Part shown: one piece after another, positions 14,191 to 27,450 of the stretch
How the letters are laid out: the number at the start of each line of letters is the position of its first letter
How positions within the stretch are numbered: the stretch's first letter is position 1
DNA from: Raillietiella orientalis
Lineage: Eukaryota
Direction of reading: 5' to 3'
Assembly (NCBI GenBank): GCA_036172245.1
Contig: JAYWIR010000063.1
Location: forward strand, 434,001-498,000
DNA: 64,000 bases
Program-made: the position numbers and the translations under genes
Notes under the pieces: model-generated
What the model saw: the letters and a program-made list of their open reading frames with translations, nothing else
Told to the model about the DNA's origin: nothing
The model's database searches: none

Positions 14191-15505
14191 TCAACGAATT
14201 GCTATAAGACCTGCTTCAAGGAGTTTTTGTATCTTGGCTGCAATTTCTGGATTTTTCAGATGACTAAAAACAGAAACACATGGAACAAAGCAAAAGTCCA
14301 TTGAAGTACTTACTCTTGTAAAGCTTTAGGCTCATTCTGCATTTGTTCCAAAATCAGCCTCATTGCTGGATCTTTAAGAATGTTTTGAACTTCTGGATTT
14401 GCCATTGCTCGACGTCTAACTTCTTCAGGATCTGCCTCAGATTCTAGAACACACTGCTTATAACCTTCAATTGCTTCAGAACAATTTGGATCAATATCCA
14501 TTGCTTTGTGGTAGGCATCCATAGCTTGAGAATATTGCTTCAGACCCTTAAGGATGTTAGCTTTTCTCAAATACCCTTTAACTATCAGGGCAAAAAGTAA
14601 CAATAGCACCAACAACACCTGCACTTACTAAATTTGGAATCCAACTTGATGCATTCGTCACAATCATTCAATCCATATTCAAAAGCTGCCAATTTTGTAT
14701 ATGCAGCAGCCCGATTGCTATACAACTTGGGATCATCAGGATTTCTTCTGATAGCTTCGGAGTAATGCTTCACCGCACTTGCATAATCACCTACAATCTC
14801 TAAATAAAAACACTCATGACTGTTCCCACCTTTTTGGAAACTCTCATTCCCTTTCTGCTTCTCTTCTTCAGCCAATTCTGGATTAATATACTGTAGGCGT
14901 TCTTGCTCCTTCAATAATCTCTCTATCTCTGAAAGTTGCTGTTTGGTATCAGGAGTTCTATGTTCTGCCAGGGATTTTTCGAAAAAGATTTTGGCATTCC
15001 TGTAATTCTAAAATGCTCAGGAGTAAAAAATTGGATGGGCACACATGAATACCTTCATCTGTTTGTAACAATTACCAATACGGGTAAAGGCTTTTGCAAT
15101 AAGTTTATAATCTGCTCTATTCTCTCTCCCAATTTCAACAGCCTTTTCACATTGCGCTATGCAATCCTCATACTTTTTTTCTTCATAAAGAACGGCTTAA
15201 AAATACAAAGCTGAGGTGACTTAAGTCCAACACACGTGGAATCCGCATTAAAAATTAAGCAGCATTTTTGCAGCGATTTTTGATCAACAAAACTAAAATG
15301 GGTTACCTGCAATATTCAAATAGAACGTGATCTCATCGGGATTCAGTTCTACAGCTTTATGATAATGCTGTAATGCTTTTTCAAAATCTCGCTTTTTGTA
15401 AGCAGCATTTCCGAGCTCTTTTTCATCCAAAGCCTACATGTTATGTTTTACATTTTGTGGCTGCCATTCGGTTATACTCACTGAACGTTTGGAATCATCT
15501 GTCAT
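14191..15505 (-). CDS. sti-1: Hsp70/Hsp90 organising protein (Hop/STI1), short TPR2A-TPR2B-DP2 form, 7 exons
   Basis: Exons 15505-15482, 15433-15307, 15195-15053, 15007-14830, 14790-14629, 14581-14314 and 14263-14191 splice in frame. Translation includes [85 protein letters not shown]. Confidence 0.95.
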
Positions 15506-15758
15506 TTTCTATACCATCAAAATGTTAACAGCAGTAAGTAATGAAAACCAATTACTATAGGGGAGACACAATTTTATTACTGGTCGAAAGAAGCGAAATC
15601 TAAAACAGACACTCGTTTTACACACTTGGAGAAACCATTCAATATGCAGAGCTTTAATCGAATTAACGTGTTGCCCAAAATCTGCCCAAACGTGAGAGGC
15701 CCCACTGCTGGCTGGTGGTGCGGGTAAACAACGCACCACCACCACAACTCGCTACCAA

Positions 15759-15773
15759 GTTCCAGAAAGTTCA
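15759..15773. promoter_or_regulatory. Heat-shock element (HSF site) upstream of sti-1
   Basis: gTTCc-aGAAa-gTTCa is three perfect alternating nGAAn units, ~255 bp upstream of the sti-1 ATG, at the edge of a GC-rich island (about 15690-16200). A weaker element (GAAttTTC..TTC) lies near 15985-16004. Confidence 0.75.
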
Positions 15774-17999
15774 CTCGGGGTTCAAAGCATCCCACCGGGA
15801 AGGGTCTCTCTTTTTTCCTGAACGAGAACGGGGGAGGAATGGGGGGGGGGGGCGGAGGGCCAAAGGAAAACGGAAAGAAGAGGAAGAAGCACCCAACCGA
15901 ACACTCCCCTGCACTTCCCCACGTGAACGCCGACGGACGGCCGCGCGCGAACTCTGCAGCTGCCCGAGCGGCGGGCGGCGATCGAGAATTTTCTAAATTT
16001 TTCCGCCCGAGCGCGGCAGACGGGCAACCTGCGCGTCGGGGCAACCACAATCAAGTGGTGCCAGGTGCGTCTGGTAATCCGTTCGAAACACGGAAGGGGG
16101 GGGGGCGGATTCAGAAAAGAACAAAAAAAAGGAGGAGGAGAAAGGGAAAGAAAAACGTGCGCGCTAAAAATTGTGAGGAAGCATTCCGACAAACTGAGCT
16201 TCCGAGTTTCTACTGCACAGGAGCAAGTCGTCCGTATTCAGGATCGGAAAAAATCAAAACGGAACAAGAAATGGCAAATTGATAAAGGATTTTGCGCTTT
16301 TTCAGAGTACTAGAGGGTTCCTTTAGACAAAGCTCAGGCACTTTACAGCCAGTTTACTCATACACCAGCAGAAATCTCATCTATATGATACAGTTGATTC
16401 CCCCTCATCCTAAGATGTTCTCCTTTTGATTCCATTGAGCACTTGTTATGAGCGCATCGAGAAGTCTGTATGTCCGAATTGACGATCGTCAATTAAGATA
16501 TTAATTTCTGTTTCCTGCATTCAGCAGTATTATTTTTCCTAATAAGAAAACGTTGGTCGCCTACTTAATTGCTTTGGTGGTATTTCAATGTTCACTTTTG
16601 AGTTTTGCTTGCTTCCGATGCTTGAGTAACCATCGGAAGAATTTTGGCAATTTCTTTTTCTCAAATTCCTAATCGAAACATCTCTTGTTTATTCGAAAAA
16701 TCCGAGCAGTAGAGGAATTATTTGTGCAGCAGTGATCCGAAAGCTTTCAAGTTAGTGACTTTGAATCGCTCATCAGGATATTGATAATTTGGCAGTATTA
16801 CATCTATTTCCGCCTTTTCGCTCCAAGGAAAATGTATAGGCACAACGACGGAACGAATCAACTCCACTCTCCTTTATTAAAAAAACAAAAAAAAAGCAAA
16901 AAAAGTGTATTTATCAAGATCCTGTTGCAGATCTTTCAAGGATGACCTTTGCAATCATGCAGATGATATGAACGCCTAATGTTCCGAAGATGGAAAAGTA
17001 GGCCAAACAGCAAAAGAAAAGTGCTGTTCAAGTATTTTATTTCTGGAAACAGATGAAAGATGATGGAACACTCACAAGTATTTAACACCCATTTCAAACT
17101 GATACATTTCCCCGTCACGTAATGATTCCCACTGAACTCAAGGTGGCTGCCTTCACAACTGCGCGCGAGTCCACCAAGAAGTTTTCACAGCCGACAGCAC
17201 TTTCCAAGGTCCACAAGATATGACTTCACGCTATGTATGTGTGTGTGTTTTCTAGAAGTTTTCTAGGTCGAGCAAAATTACCTTTGCACCTTTTAAATGT
17301 TTTCCTCGATGCCTTTTTTTCGAACGAATGGAAACTGCTAGTGCCATATACTGACGATCAATCCATTTCATTCTTTCTTTTTTCTGAGATTAGTGGCATT
17401 TCGTTTTACATTTCGGAGATGGAGAAGGCTGCCTCGGCGCCGATTTCCCAATGATCCGTGGAACCAGCAGCTCCTTCAACTATCAGCTCTTTACCGCACC
17501 TCGGCCAGACTTTCGGAATTCACAATGCTGAAGACTTCAATCTCGGGTTGTGATATCTTGGAATTCTGGAATAAATTGAAAATCTTCTGAGGGCAAAAAT
17601 AGTAAACATAATAGCTTGAAAATTATCAACTTTCAAGTCAACTCTCAGTTTAAGTTGTTTTTCATTTCATCAAGTAAAAAACCCATTCAGTATCACTTGG
17701 TATTTGGTCGAAAGAACAAATTTGATTGTAGAATTTATTGAAAGGTGTCCAGGCTTAGACTCATTTATTTAAATTCGTCGTAGCTAATTTTCGTGACATA
17801 ATAATTCTCCACGCGTAATACTTTCAATCAGAATGCATCCTGTTCCATGAAGGATAGTAGTGTGAATCAAAAATGCCATACAAATGCATCTTAGTGATAT
17901 ACAGGGTTGTTATTAGCCTGCTGTTTATAGATCCTTGCACTTTCCTCTCGCTGAAATATAAACCACTGGAAGGTCTCCTCCTTCACTGTTTTTGGTGAA

Positions 18000-18600
18000 T
18001 TTTCGCTAACCCTTGTTCAAGAATTCGGGAAAGCTCTTACAGTTATCTTGGAATTATCCTTCTCGAGCTCTTCATACGGCAGGGGGGCTGTTCTCACTTT
18101 CATTCTCACAGGTGTCCTATTCTTATATTCTGCCTCTGGCATCATTTTCGTTCCAACCAGGGCTATCATTGATGTGTTCTGCGCTTCTGGTACCCAGCTG
18201 GCAAAGTTGGTGACCTCGGTGTCTCAGGTTTCGAACTTTGGCACTTAGAGCGACCGAAGACGTTATTTACTCTGAAGGCTGTCAGGTGACTGCGCGTGGA
18301 TGAAGGCGGAGGGGAATCCACTCCGAGGTTGTGATTCTGACCCTGCCATAAGATTCTTCGATTCCAAGCACAAAGAGGGTCGCAATAGTTTTCTTCTCCT
18401 TGTTGAAATCTCGCAAAGACTTTGGCGTGAGGACTTTGGAAGAAATCCACGCTTTTTTCAAAGTCAAGTTTCCACGCTGCTTCTCCGGGTAGCAAAATTG
18501 GAGTGGATCTGATATGGATGAAAAGATAGGGAGATCAGAACAGATCAGTGCGTGGTTCCCCAATTATAAAGACATCAAATTTCAGTTGTCCCAATTCGAA
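18000..18600 (-). mobile_element. Degenerate L1/Tx1-type LINE fragment (end of AP endonuclease plus linker)
   Basis: Frame-broken motifs in the expected order: GNHALI (SDH-like), AWKLDFE (WKLN-like), PLCAWNRRI (linker Trp). Boundaries approximate. Confidence 0.4.
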
Positions 18601-20349
18601 TTCAAGAAATAGCAAGTGGTAAATGGAAAAACCTTTCTGTTCCTACCAGCAAGTATGGCTCCCAGAAATGGCAACTTTCAAGGAAATTGGAAAAACACAT
18701 CTTTCAGACGCTACTCCGCGCAACGAGGGTCGATGGATCAAGTGGATGGAGAAGAAGAGCAAACAACTCGGTGTCTCCTCTTCGCGACACGGATCAGAAC
18801 GCAATGGTCCCGGTCGCACGCGTCCATGGTCCGTTTTCGAAAGATTGTGATGGCTCTAGCACTTCACCTGGTGAAGTGTGCCTCAGCTGGGAGGAAGGCC
18901 TCCTCCCAGAATAGGTCACAGCGCTTTTTCCAAACAGCACGGGGCAGCGTTCAACATCATGCGATGATTTTCAAAGCAATATCTCCGTTATTAGTGTGAA
19001 GAAAAATAACAGTTCACCATGTAAATCAGGAAAGAAATGGATTACATAGAAATACATCGATACCGCTGCTCTAACGTTTGACACCGAAGTGTTTTCTGAC
19101 CATTTCTGCCTCGATCTATAGGGGGTATTTACGAAACAAACCTTTCCAGACCTGTAACCAATTTATAAGAGAGACGATGCTTAAAAATGCACTGATCACG
19201 TGTCTTTCAACTTTTGATCCTCGCAGGAAAGCAACCTTTCCTGGAAGTTTTGATCCAATCAATGAGAGACATATTAATACTATTAAAAAGAGCCAGCCAC
19301 TTGTTTTGAAATTGTTGTTTCAATTAATTTGGATAAAGCGGCAACAACATGATGTCGAGCAACGTGAGGAAAAAGTTGAAGGGATTCGTGAAGCCCCGTT
19401 TGACAGAGTTCTGCCTCCCACTCTCATTTTCGCAGTCGTGCATTTGCAGCAGCCCAGCCAAACCGAGGAAAGAAGCTCTCAGGCGCCCTCAACCCCAAAA
19501 TAAACAAACCAGCGACTCCCAGCTGCAGCTAGCTGGTCTGTGCCCGGGGACACGAGAGTTTCTTTCTTTATTCTTCTGTGCGAGAAGAATTCGCCTGATC
19601 CGCTGTTTCCCTTTTTCATTTCATCCATAAGTACGGTTCGCCTTCGTCCTGGAATCACCGAAAGGACCGTGAGGAGTTTCCGTCACCATGATCACACCCT
19701 CTATGCAGACCGTTGCTTCTTCCTACGCAGAATCAGTATATCACCAGATGATGAACACCTGGGATGGTACGACACTGGCGCTGCAAAGATGTCGGGAACT
19801 GCGCTTGTGGAGCTGTACGCTTGTACGATGAGTCAGAGCGAAGAAGCAGCTTCGCTCTGACTCGTGCGGTTTCCTCCAGATGTCTGCGACGCATGCAGCC
19901 CGCCTAGGCGCTCCCTCTGCGGCCTCTTCCTCTTCTTTCCTGTGCCCCACGTCATGCTGGATTTGCCGAAAGGAAGAATCCGAAAAGCACGGTGGAAGAG
20001 CCCTTTCAGCTTTCTTACGGCTTTCTCCCCCCCTTCATCCTCCCGGATTTTCCTTTTTCTTCGACTGTTCCATGCCACCCGAGGGTGCATGTTTAAGATA
20101 GGGGGCATCCCGGGAGGAGACCAACCCATGAATCCGGGAAGGACTCCGCTCCCTATTTCCTCCACTGAAGGGACTCCTGAGGGGACGCTTCCGAATTTCC
20201 TCTGAAGGTCGCTTCCCGAAGTGGGCAGAGCGCTTCCTGCACTCTGGAAAGGTGTCATCAATCCACCAGCTCCATGGTACGAGATAAAGGACTCCATCTA
20301 CACAACCGGAGGGCAACTCCGAAGGGCGATTTGATTCCCTGAAGGACCT

Positions 20350-21847
20350 TGGTCAACAAGGGGATCCGGTTTCCACCAGTGCCGCACCTTCGTGGATATC
20401 ATCCTTCACCTCCTGCTTTTCGTTTACCTTCCTCCAGATCATCCTCTGGGACAAAGGAAGACCCCGAGTCCGTCTTGTGGACTTGTGTGCTCTGCGCCGG
20501 GACAGCAGCCTAGGCCTCCTGACGCTGGAGCGAATGGAGTTGCAGCTCCAGTTTCGAACACCTGCCCTGTGGCAAACCTCTGGAACACCATCTGGTACCA
20601 ACCCGCATGCCTTCTCGCCCAGCAAGCCACCGGCAGCGTAGGACTTGCGTCCTTCTTTGAGCGCCGCCCACGCAGTCTCATCCTCTGCGAACTGCACCTG
20701 CGATAGGTGACCGCGCTGGCTAGGAAGAACGGATGGATCTCATGCCGCCCCTCCAACGGTAGTGTTCGGCTGCAGGGAACCCTTCGCACGTGGGTGAGGA
20801 TCCAGCAGCCAAGCGCAGAACAGGGGCGACGTTTTCTGTAGGCACGTAACAACAACTGCATGCTCTGGGAGATCCTGGAAGATCCCGCGAGGGAGGTTCT
20901 GTTTGCATAGGCAAACAGAACCTCCCTCGCCGCCGCCTTTCCTTCCTATGGGGAGCACATAGGCAGCAGCCTTACGGCTAGATGGGAAGTTACCGTGGAA
21001 ATCTCCGGAAGGAGAAAAGGACTGAGCGAGTGGACTATGGGCCAGCTAGCTGACGCTGAGACCCCGAGTGCTCGGCTTCGTGAACCTTTGAGCTGGGGCG
21101 TGCTACTGAGTATTCCGTGAAAAGTGGCCCCCGGTTCCTGCAGTGGCCCCCGGTGCTCACAAACAACCGCACCCTCCCCTTGAAGTGGCAAGAGTCGGTG
21201 TTGATGCTGCTGCACTGGGCCTCCCGTGCAACTCCCTCCGGCATCACTGGACACGGGGGGAGGGGGGATCTGAACTGTGCAAGCTGCGGGGAGAAGGAAT
21301 CTCTCTGCACCTCCAAGTGGACTGTGTTGCCCTCCGGCCCCTTTGGGGACGCTTAAACACGACCCTTGGAACCCCCGGCGGCAACGCCAGAGACATTCTG
21401 AAGTGCCTCTTCCTCTGGGACGTTCTCACACCGGTCGCATCCCCAGCAGCACTTTGCTACCTAAGCGGCGGGACCGTGGCTGCATGGAGCAACGCCAGAG
21501 GAGGTCAGGATGACAGGACGTCAACTATTTTGCTATCCTCTTCATGAGGACAGCGTCAATATGGCCCCATCTTGGAGTCTTGAAACAGGAACTTGCCGGC
21601 ATCCTTACAAGGATGCAGAGGACGCCATCCAGCACACGGTGATCCCTTCCCGAACCCCCCTCCCCCATCTTTTTACTTCATTTTTTGTTTTGCTTGTTTT
21701 TCTTTTTGTTTGTCTCCTCTTCCCCTGTGCTGTCGAGTGGAACCCCACTGACCTGCGTGCTAGTTCCCGGCAGGTCCCCTCTCGTAGTTTTAAGCAACGC
21801 GGCAGGATCAAACGTCCTGCCACAGACGTTTATTTTTTATAAATAAA
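20350..21847 (+). mobile_element. 3' ~1.5 kb of an L1/Tx1-type non-LTR retrotransposon (post-RT region, zf-RVT, 3' UTR)
   Basis: IILWDKGRPRVRLVDLCALRRDSSLGLLTL (FLW..RV...LC..GGLG motif) near 20435-20530. Then LPLKWQESVLMLLHW..NCASCGEKES/LHLQVDCVALRPLWGRL (CCHC zf-RVT with one frameshift) at 21170-21360. Then a pyrimidine-rich UTR and AATAAA at 21842. Confidence 0.75.
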
Positions 21848-21970
21848 TTCCCCGGCGTGACCGGGTGTCAAGCAATGCAGCACACGAATAGTCCAACCAG
21901 GTCATCTAGCGGTGAATACTCAAAACCCACGACATCCCCCCTCCTTCACCCCCTTCTCTGCGTCGCTGCT

Positions 21971-22041
21971 TCCCCGTGCAAGATTCGAACCCGCAACGTC
22001 TAGCGTCTCTTCTCGCGGAGGTTTCCGCAGCTGCACAGAGA
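21971..22041 (-). pseudogene. tRNA-like sequence (pseudo-tRNA or tRNA-derived SINE head)
   Basis: T-arm/B-box GCGGG-TTCGAAT-CTTGC and a 7-bp acceptor TCTCTGT/ACGGGGA at tRNA spacing (71 nt). D and anticodon arms do not fold canonically. Confidence 0.4.
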
Positions 22042-24349
22042 GAGTGGGAAGAGGAGGGGGGAAGCGATGCCTCTGCCACCCAAGGGAAGAAAGTTCCAAC
22101 TGAAGGACAGGAACCTCGATGCACGCCTGAACCTTCATATTACCTACAAACGGGGTGCCCATTTTAACGTGGTCCACATGACATTCATAATGTATCTGAC
22201 GGGTCTCTCTCGGCGCTGGTCCAGAGGAAAGGACAGAGAAAAAAATTGGTCTCAGACGGACAGGGAAGCAGTGCTCACCAAGAAGACAAGATCCAAGGGA
22301 GGTACTCCAACCAGGGTACTGTAGGGAAAAGAGCTTGCCAGGTGGCACATCCTTACACCCCATGCCATGGTACAGAGGGTACGCTTGGATATGCGTGGAA
22401 ACCAGGGGCTCTCTGAAGATCCGAAAGCGCGAGCAGCTTGCCATCCTGCCGGCGAGCACTTTCAAGACCTTCCCTGTTGCACGCAGTGAGAACATCCCGG
22501 ATTGCCGACTGCTTTGCTCTAGAAGAGAGGGAAAACGAAGAGCTGCATTCACTCTGAAGAAGCGGCTGCAAGATGCTGAGAACGGGGTGCGCTATCGGAC
22601 CAGTCTTCCCGGATGGGTGGTGGGTGCCAAAGAAACGACTTATGGAAAGTCGGAGAGGGGAAGTATTTGAAACTGAAGCTTCAGCTCCATCTGCTCCAGC
22701 GTCAGAAGGCCGAGGATGTCGTCCTGACGCAGAGACGTTCATTTCCCGGAGGATGCTGGCTAGTTGGCGTTTCCCAAATGGAGCCATCTCGCGTCCAGCC
22801 ATCTATCCTCAAAACGAGTTCCCACCAAAGAATGGCAGCTCTGTCCTGTTGGTCGCTCCTCGCGGAGTCAGGAGGACGGCTGGACGTGCTCTCGTTGCCT
22901 CCCACCGCTGATCCGGGCGCTTTCTTAATGATGCCTGCCGTCTCTTAGGCTCCGCGATGGCACAAAGAGCTTTCTTCTGGGAGAACGGCTGTCCGAGATG
23001 CGTCGCGTCCCTGCTCGTCGACCTGCAACCGCAGCTCTGAAAGAAATTCTCCTCGCACGACACGTCAAGGCGAGCCTTTGATACGCGCCTCACGTCAGCT
23101 CGGACCGAGCGTTGCTGGCCTCCTTCGCGGGCAGCGATGCCGTGTCTTCTGGTATGCGAGGGAACACTCCAGCAAGCAGTCACTATAAACAACGACTCAG
23201 CCACCAACAACAAATTCCATCGTCTCTCATCGACCGTTTCACCTCCTCCAAAACACTGCTCCCCATACCACCAACTCGACATCGGCAACGCCAATCCCAA
23301 GACACCTTCCCTATATCTCTTCCTCACGCTCGCCATCACGCAGGATGAGCTTTTCAGCAAACTCCACTCCTGAATGCGCACCGACTCTCACGAGTGCAGT
23401 TGTCCTTCCGCACAACACAGTCAAGCACAATCCCGTAGCAACCCCATGCGTCCTGAAGTCTTGAGTCCAACCGGGTCCAGAGCGGGCAATAGTAGCCATG
23501 CATGAAGCACGCGACCCTTGTGGATGCAGTTTCCACGTGTAGGAGGAGATGGAAACGAGCTTCGAGACGGTGGTTGGTGAGTATCGGCGGATGAGTCGAC
23601 CAGCGTTACTCCTCTTCCGACGAACACGAATATGGATCCTGTGCACCAGAGCGGCAGCACGGTACCAAAAATTGCTGACAATGATACCATGTACCTGTGT
23701 CTACTGTAGATTTGCATGTCTGTTGCGATGGCGATGATCACGGCGCTGAGGCGAAATCCGTTCGCAGATGCACGTGTAAACCTACGTCGTATGGAGGAGG
23801 GATCAAAGCATCCATCCTGGTAGGTCCGCTCTCGGGCGGTTGTTGCAGAAATTCTTTCCGGGGGGCCGAAGGTTTCTTTCGTCACTCCATTGAGCGGGAA
23901 TGACACTGGACGCGATTTCGAAACTGGGTGGAATAAAAAACGGCGTCCTGATTACCAGAATGAATGCTGGTTGAGATGCGGAGAATAGCGGCGATCACCA
24001 GGGATCTTCGCAAAAGGAAGGTTCGAGAGGGAAATGTGTCCGCAGAGGACACTAGCGGAAGGTGCATGGATCACATGCTGATTGAGATTCTTGCAAGCTG
24101 CAGGAACAAAATTGCTGGGTCACTTCTTCAGGAGATGCAGCGTCCATCCTTCTCTTGGTCCCTGCCGAGTATGCACGCTTATGGAGCGCACTGCAAAACT
24201 ATGGTGGCAAACGGGGGAATCTGGGGTTGCACCAGCGGGATTCCAGGGCCATATCTGGTGTCCTCGTTAGTAATGGGGTGAGTCTGTGACCAAAACTAAC
24301 TTTGCCAGCTTGCGTTGCAAGCAAGAGCGTTCTGATCTGAGCATGAGCG

Positions 24350-26563
24350 GTGATGATGACGCTGATGTTACATGTAAAGTTCGTTCCTTGCTTGTCTTTT
24401 GCTTCTTTTTTGGATGTTCGCGAGATTTGCGAAAGGACGAGGAACACTCGGAGGGTTCTGGAGTGAGCAGCCCACGCGAACGGAGGAGGATGAAATGGAA
24501 CCTTCCGTTTTCCTCACGGCTTGTCAACGCGAGTCCTCGCCGCAGGAAATTCCCGGAAGATTCCGTGTTCCCGAAGTTGAAGGCGATTGCTTCCGAAGCT
24601 GTAGGACTTGCGATCGTGGGGATCTGAGAAGTGCACATTGGAGTTTGAATCCGGAAGCTGTGGGGAGACAAGCGGTGCGTCGCGAATTCGTTCAGGATGA
24701 ATTTCTTCCGTGCGGTAGGAGGGATCGTCGTGCTCTTTGCATAGGGAAAACCTCCTGTAGATTTCTTGATTTCGCTGTCAGTTCCACTGCTTGCCTATTG
24801 CAAGTTGAAGTTTGGCTTTGTACTTTGTACGTCACTTTCCCCTTACCGTATTCGCAGGGGTGTGGCGGTTTCTGCTGTGTTTCTGCGCAGGCAAGAAAGT
24901 GCCCAACGACCATATCGGAACGCCCCTTGGCTCCAAAAATCGCATTTTTCGAGGAACCCGTATCTTAGACCTTCTTAAGAGTGACGTCAAGCACTTCTGT
25001 TGACACACTGCTGTGCAGGAGGACGCTGTTTTTTGAGATCCATTGGCTGATTGCTCCACCTTCTGTTGCACGAAACGCGCATTCCCATATGCATTCGGTG
25101 AGCACCGGAAAACGAGCAATCCTAGTGGATGACGATGGATTCATACGACGTTTGCAACATGACCTGCAGAGTGTTGTCAGGAGAGACCTAGGGAATGCCC
25201 AGACGAAGAAGAAGGAGCGCAAAATCTCCCACACGGTGGGAAGACTCAAAGGAAGCCCCAAATGGAGAAAAAGAAAAGGAAAGGCTGTGTTGGCTGACGA
25301 AGGAACGATTTTGCCTGGACCTCTTGAACCCGTTTTTGAGTTGACCTAAAACCCGAGTAGACATCTTCGAGAAGATGAGATCTCGACGCCGCTCGGCTCA
25401 TCCCTGCTTGTGGCCCTAGCGAAAGAGAGATCGCTTCCGCAGACGCGCGTCGCTCCTCACATTCGCCCACAGGAATGGACCAGTCCGCGCGTGGTCCGCT
25501 TGGGACGCGATCCTCTCATCCGGACGATACGAAGCTCGCACCCTTCCCGTAACCCAAGGCAACCAAGTGGGCAGCTGAGCGAAGAAGAAAACACGGAAAC
25601 TTGGTTTTCCGTAACGATGGAGAGTGTGGGGAAGTTGCTGGAGACCCTCTGCCTGCGGGAGGACGAACCCATGGATGGGAAGTCTTCCGGATGCAGTGCA
25701 GCAGAAGAAGGAGGACTTGGAGCCACTGCCGCTTCGCGGACTCTGGCGGTGGTGCCCCTGTCCCCAGCTCCAGGAGGAGACGGCCAAGGGAAAATCAAGG
25801 GAAGCACTCGTTCGGGGGGAAATCGTTGCTCCTCCTTCCAGGACCGGTGTCCAAGCGACGGCGACGCTATCGGCACCGTCTCCTGCTCCCACGGACGCAG
25901 ACCGACCGGCCGAAGGGGATTCTGGTTCGGAGGGCCCGCCGCAGACCCCCTTCGTCCTGAATCAGTACCGTGGGGAGCGGAAGGCGACCTTCCCGGAGAG
26001 AGGGTGGCCGCAAGTGAAGCTGCTGGGAATTTCCAGTTGCCCGCCGTAAGAGAAGCCTTCCCGCGTCTGAGCACCTGGGGCCAGGGAAAGAGAATGGAGC
26101 ATCGCCCCAAAGGGTCGTGGAACCGGAGACCATGCAGCCACTGCAGGAATCAAGGAAGCGCAGCTGCTGCAGTGTCGAGCTGCTCGTCCATGAGCCACTT
26201 CCCGGCCATGGGGTCGGCGAGGCCGGGAGCTCCTGTGCGTCCAGGAAACAACAGGTAAGCGGAACCCTTCTTTGAGATCCGATTGTATTTTCCAGTTGGC
26301 AGGGAGACTCACGGGCACGATGCCAGTCCGTGAGCGGGGGAGGCCGCCGAAACATCTTGGACGCCCTTTGAGTCTCAGAAGCCATGGGCTTCCTCTCCTC
26401 TGCAGTCCTCAGCTCCTCACCCTACAGGTCTCTGGTGCATCGGCAGGTACGACGAGACGTCGCGTCACAGGTTCGACACCTGGAAGTGAGCGCTACAGGC
26501 GAATCTCGGAGAAAGCGTCTCTGAAGACCAGCAGCGAACTGGAGTGGGCGTGTCCAGCTGCGG
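24350..26563 (+). repeat. Left arm of ~2.2 kb inverted duplication (dead LINE ORF1 and endonuclease start)
   Basis: Reverse complement of 41395-43618. Identical ORFs (282, 217, 158, 141, 119 aa) appear mirrored in the ORF track. Contains frameshifted GATTGTATTTTCCAGTTGGCAGGGAGACTCAC (DCIF-LQETH-like). The LINE linker KLRQRMVATCIRYSS follows at ~26625-26670. Confidence 0.97.
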
Positions 26564-27013
26564 ACCTGGGATCCTGGAAATGGAGAGGTACTACAATACC
26601 TTGGAATACCAAAAAAGAAGCTTGTGAAGTTAAGACAACGGATGGTAGCCACCTGCATCCGGTATTCAAGTAGCATATGCAATCCACGTAGGAAGGAAAT
26701 CGGAGCCCAACCCGATGATCTGGATAATGTTCGCCCTCCGGAAGAAAGCACCGAAGAACCGTGAAAGACTGGGAAAACAATAATCGCGGAAGATTCTCAA
26801 ACAACGTGGATTCCCGTCTTCTTCTTCGACATCTTCGAGTGTGTGGCCCATACACCCTGCGGGAAAGCGCTGCAACCTCCACAAGAAGGAAGTGGTACCG
26901 AGTGTATGCCTACAATCCTATCCTTTTACAAGGTGTCTAGTTAACGCTGTTTTGCGAACTACTTGACAAGTAGATAATTTTGCGTCTAATGCAAAAACTC
27001 TAAGGAAAAAAAG

Positions 27014-27450
27014 ATTCCTTAACATGACAGTTGCTCTGCTCACCCGAGAGTCTGCTCAAAACGCATCCAGTAATGGCATTGCAGCTGCCCAGATTTTGAA
27101 ATTTTTCCATATCCATGCCCATCCGGTATGCTTGAAATCGGATTGTGTCGTCCCAACAACTATTAGTGACCAGATCCAACTGTGGCAGTTGGAAAGAGAG
27201 AGGTAAGCAAGTGCACGACTGTACATAGATTCTTAACCACTCTTTTAGAATTGTGTGGCAGGAGGGTGTCCTGTATAATCAGTTCTTGTCACAAGGTGAC
27301 TTTCAATTGCTTTGTAGTTACAGTAGAGATGCTGGTTTGCTCATCTGGAGTAACAGTCAGAAACGAACCATGGTTGTAACGAAAAATGGTCATGACACTG
27401 TCTGGAAAAAGCTGGAAAAGATATGGAACAAAGGATGTGTGTACACATGA
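27014..27450 (+). pseudogene. GTF2H4: TFIIH subunit p52 (Tfb2): last two exons only, 5' part not found
   Basis: Exons 27014-27202 and 27249-27450, separated by a 46-nt GTAAG..TTTTAG intron. Translation: RFLNMTVALLTRES..GIAAAQILKFFHIHAHP..VPTTISDQIQLWQLERER..EGVLYNQFLSQGDF..KRTMVVT. AATAAA at 27546. Homology is clear; pseudogene status is not. Confidence 0.7.

Noticed and set aside
17393..17590. DILEFWNK resembling a hAT transposase dimerisation motif
   Set aside because: Single short motif with no other transposase features or terminal repeats.
25410..26258. 282-aa ORF and its mirror at 41711-42559 as a real gene
   Set aside because: Low-complexity GC-rich frame overlapped by several ORFs on both strands. 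It lies in decayed LINE ORF1/endonuclease, and the identity merely reflects the duplication.
27024..27450. Initial guess of XPB/ERCC3
   Set aside because: Motifs (TRES, DQIxLWxLER, GVLYNQF) belong to p52/GTF2H4, not a helicase.
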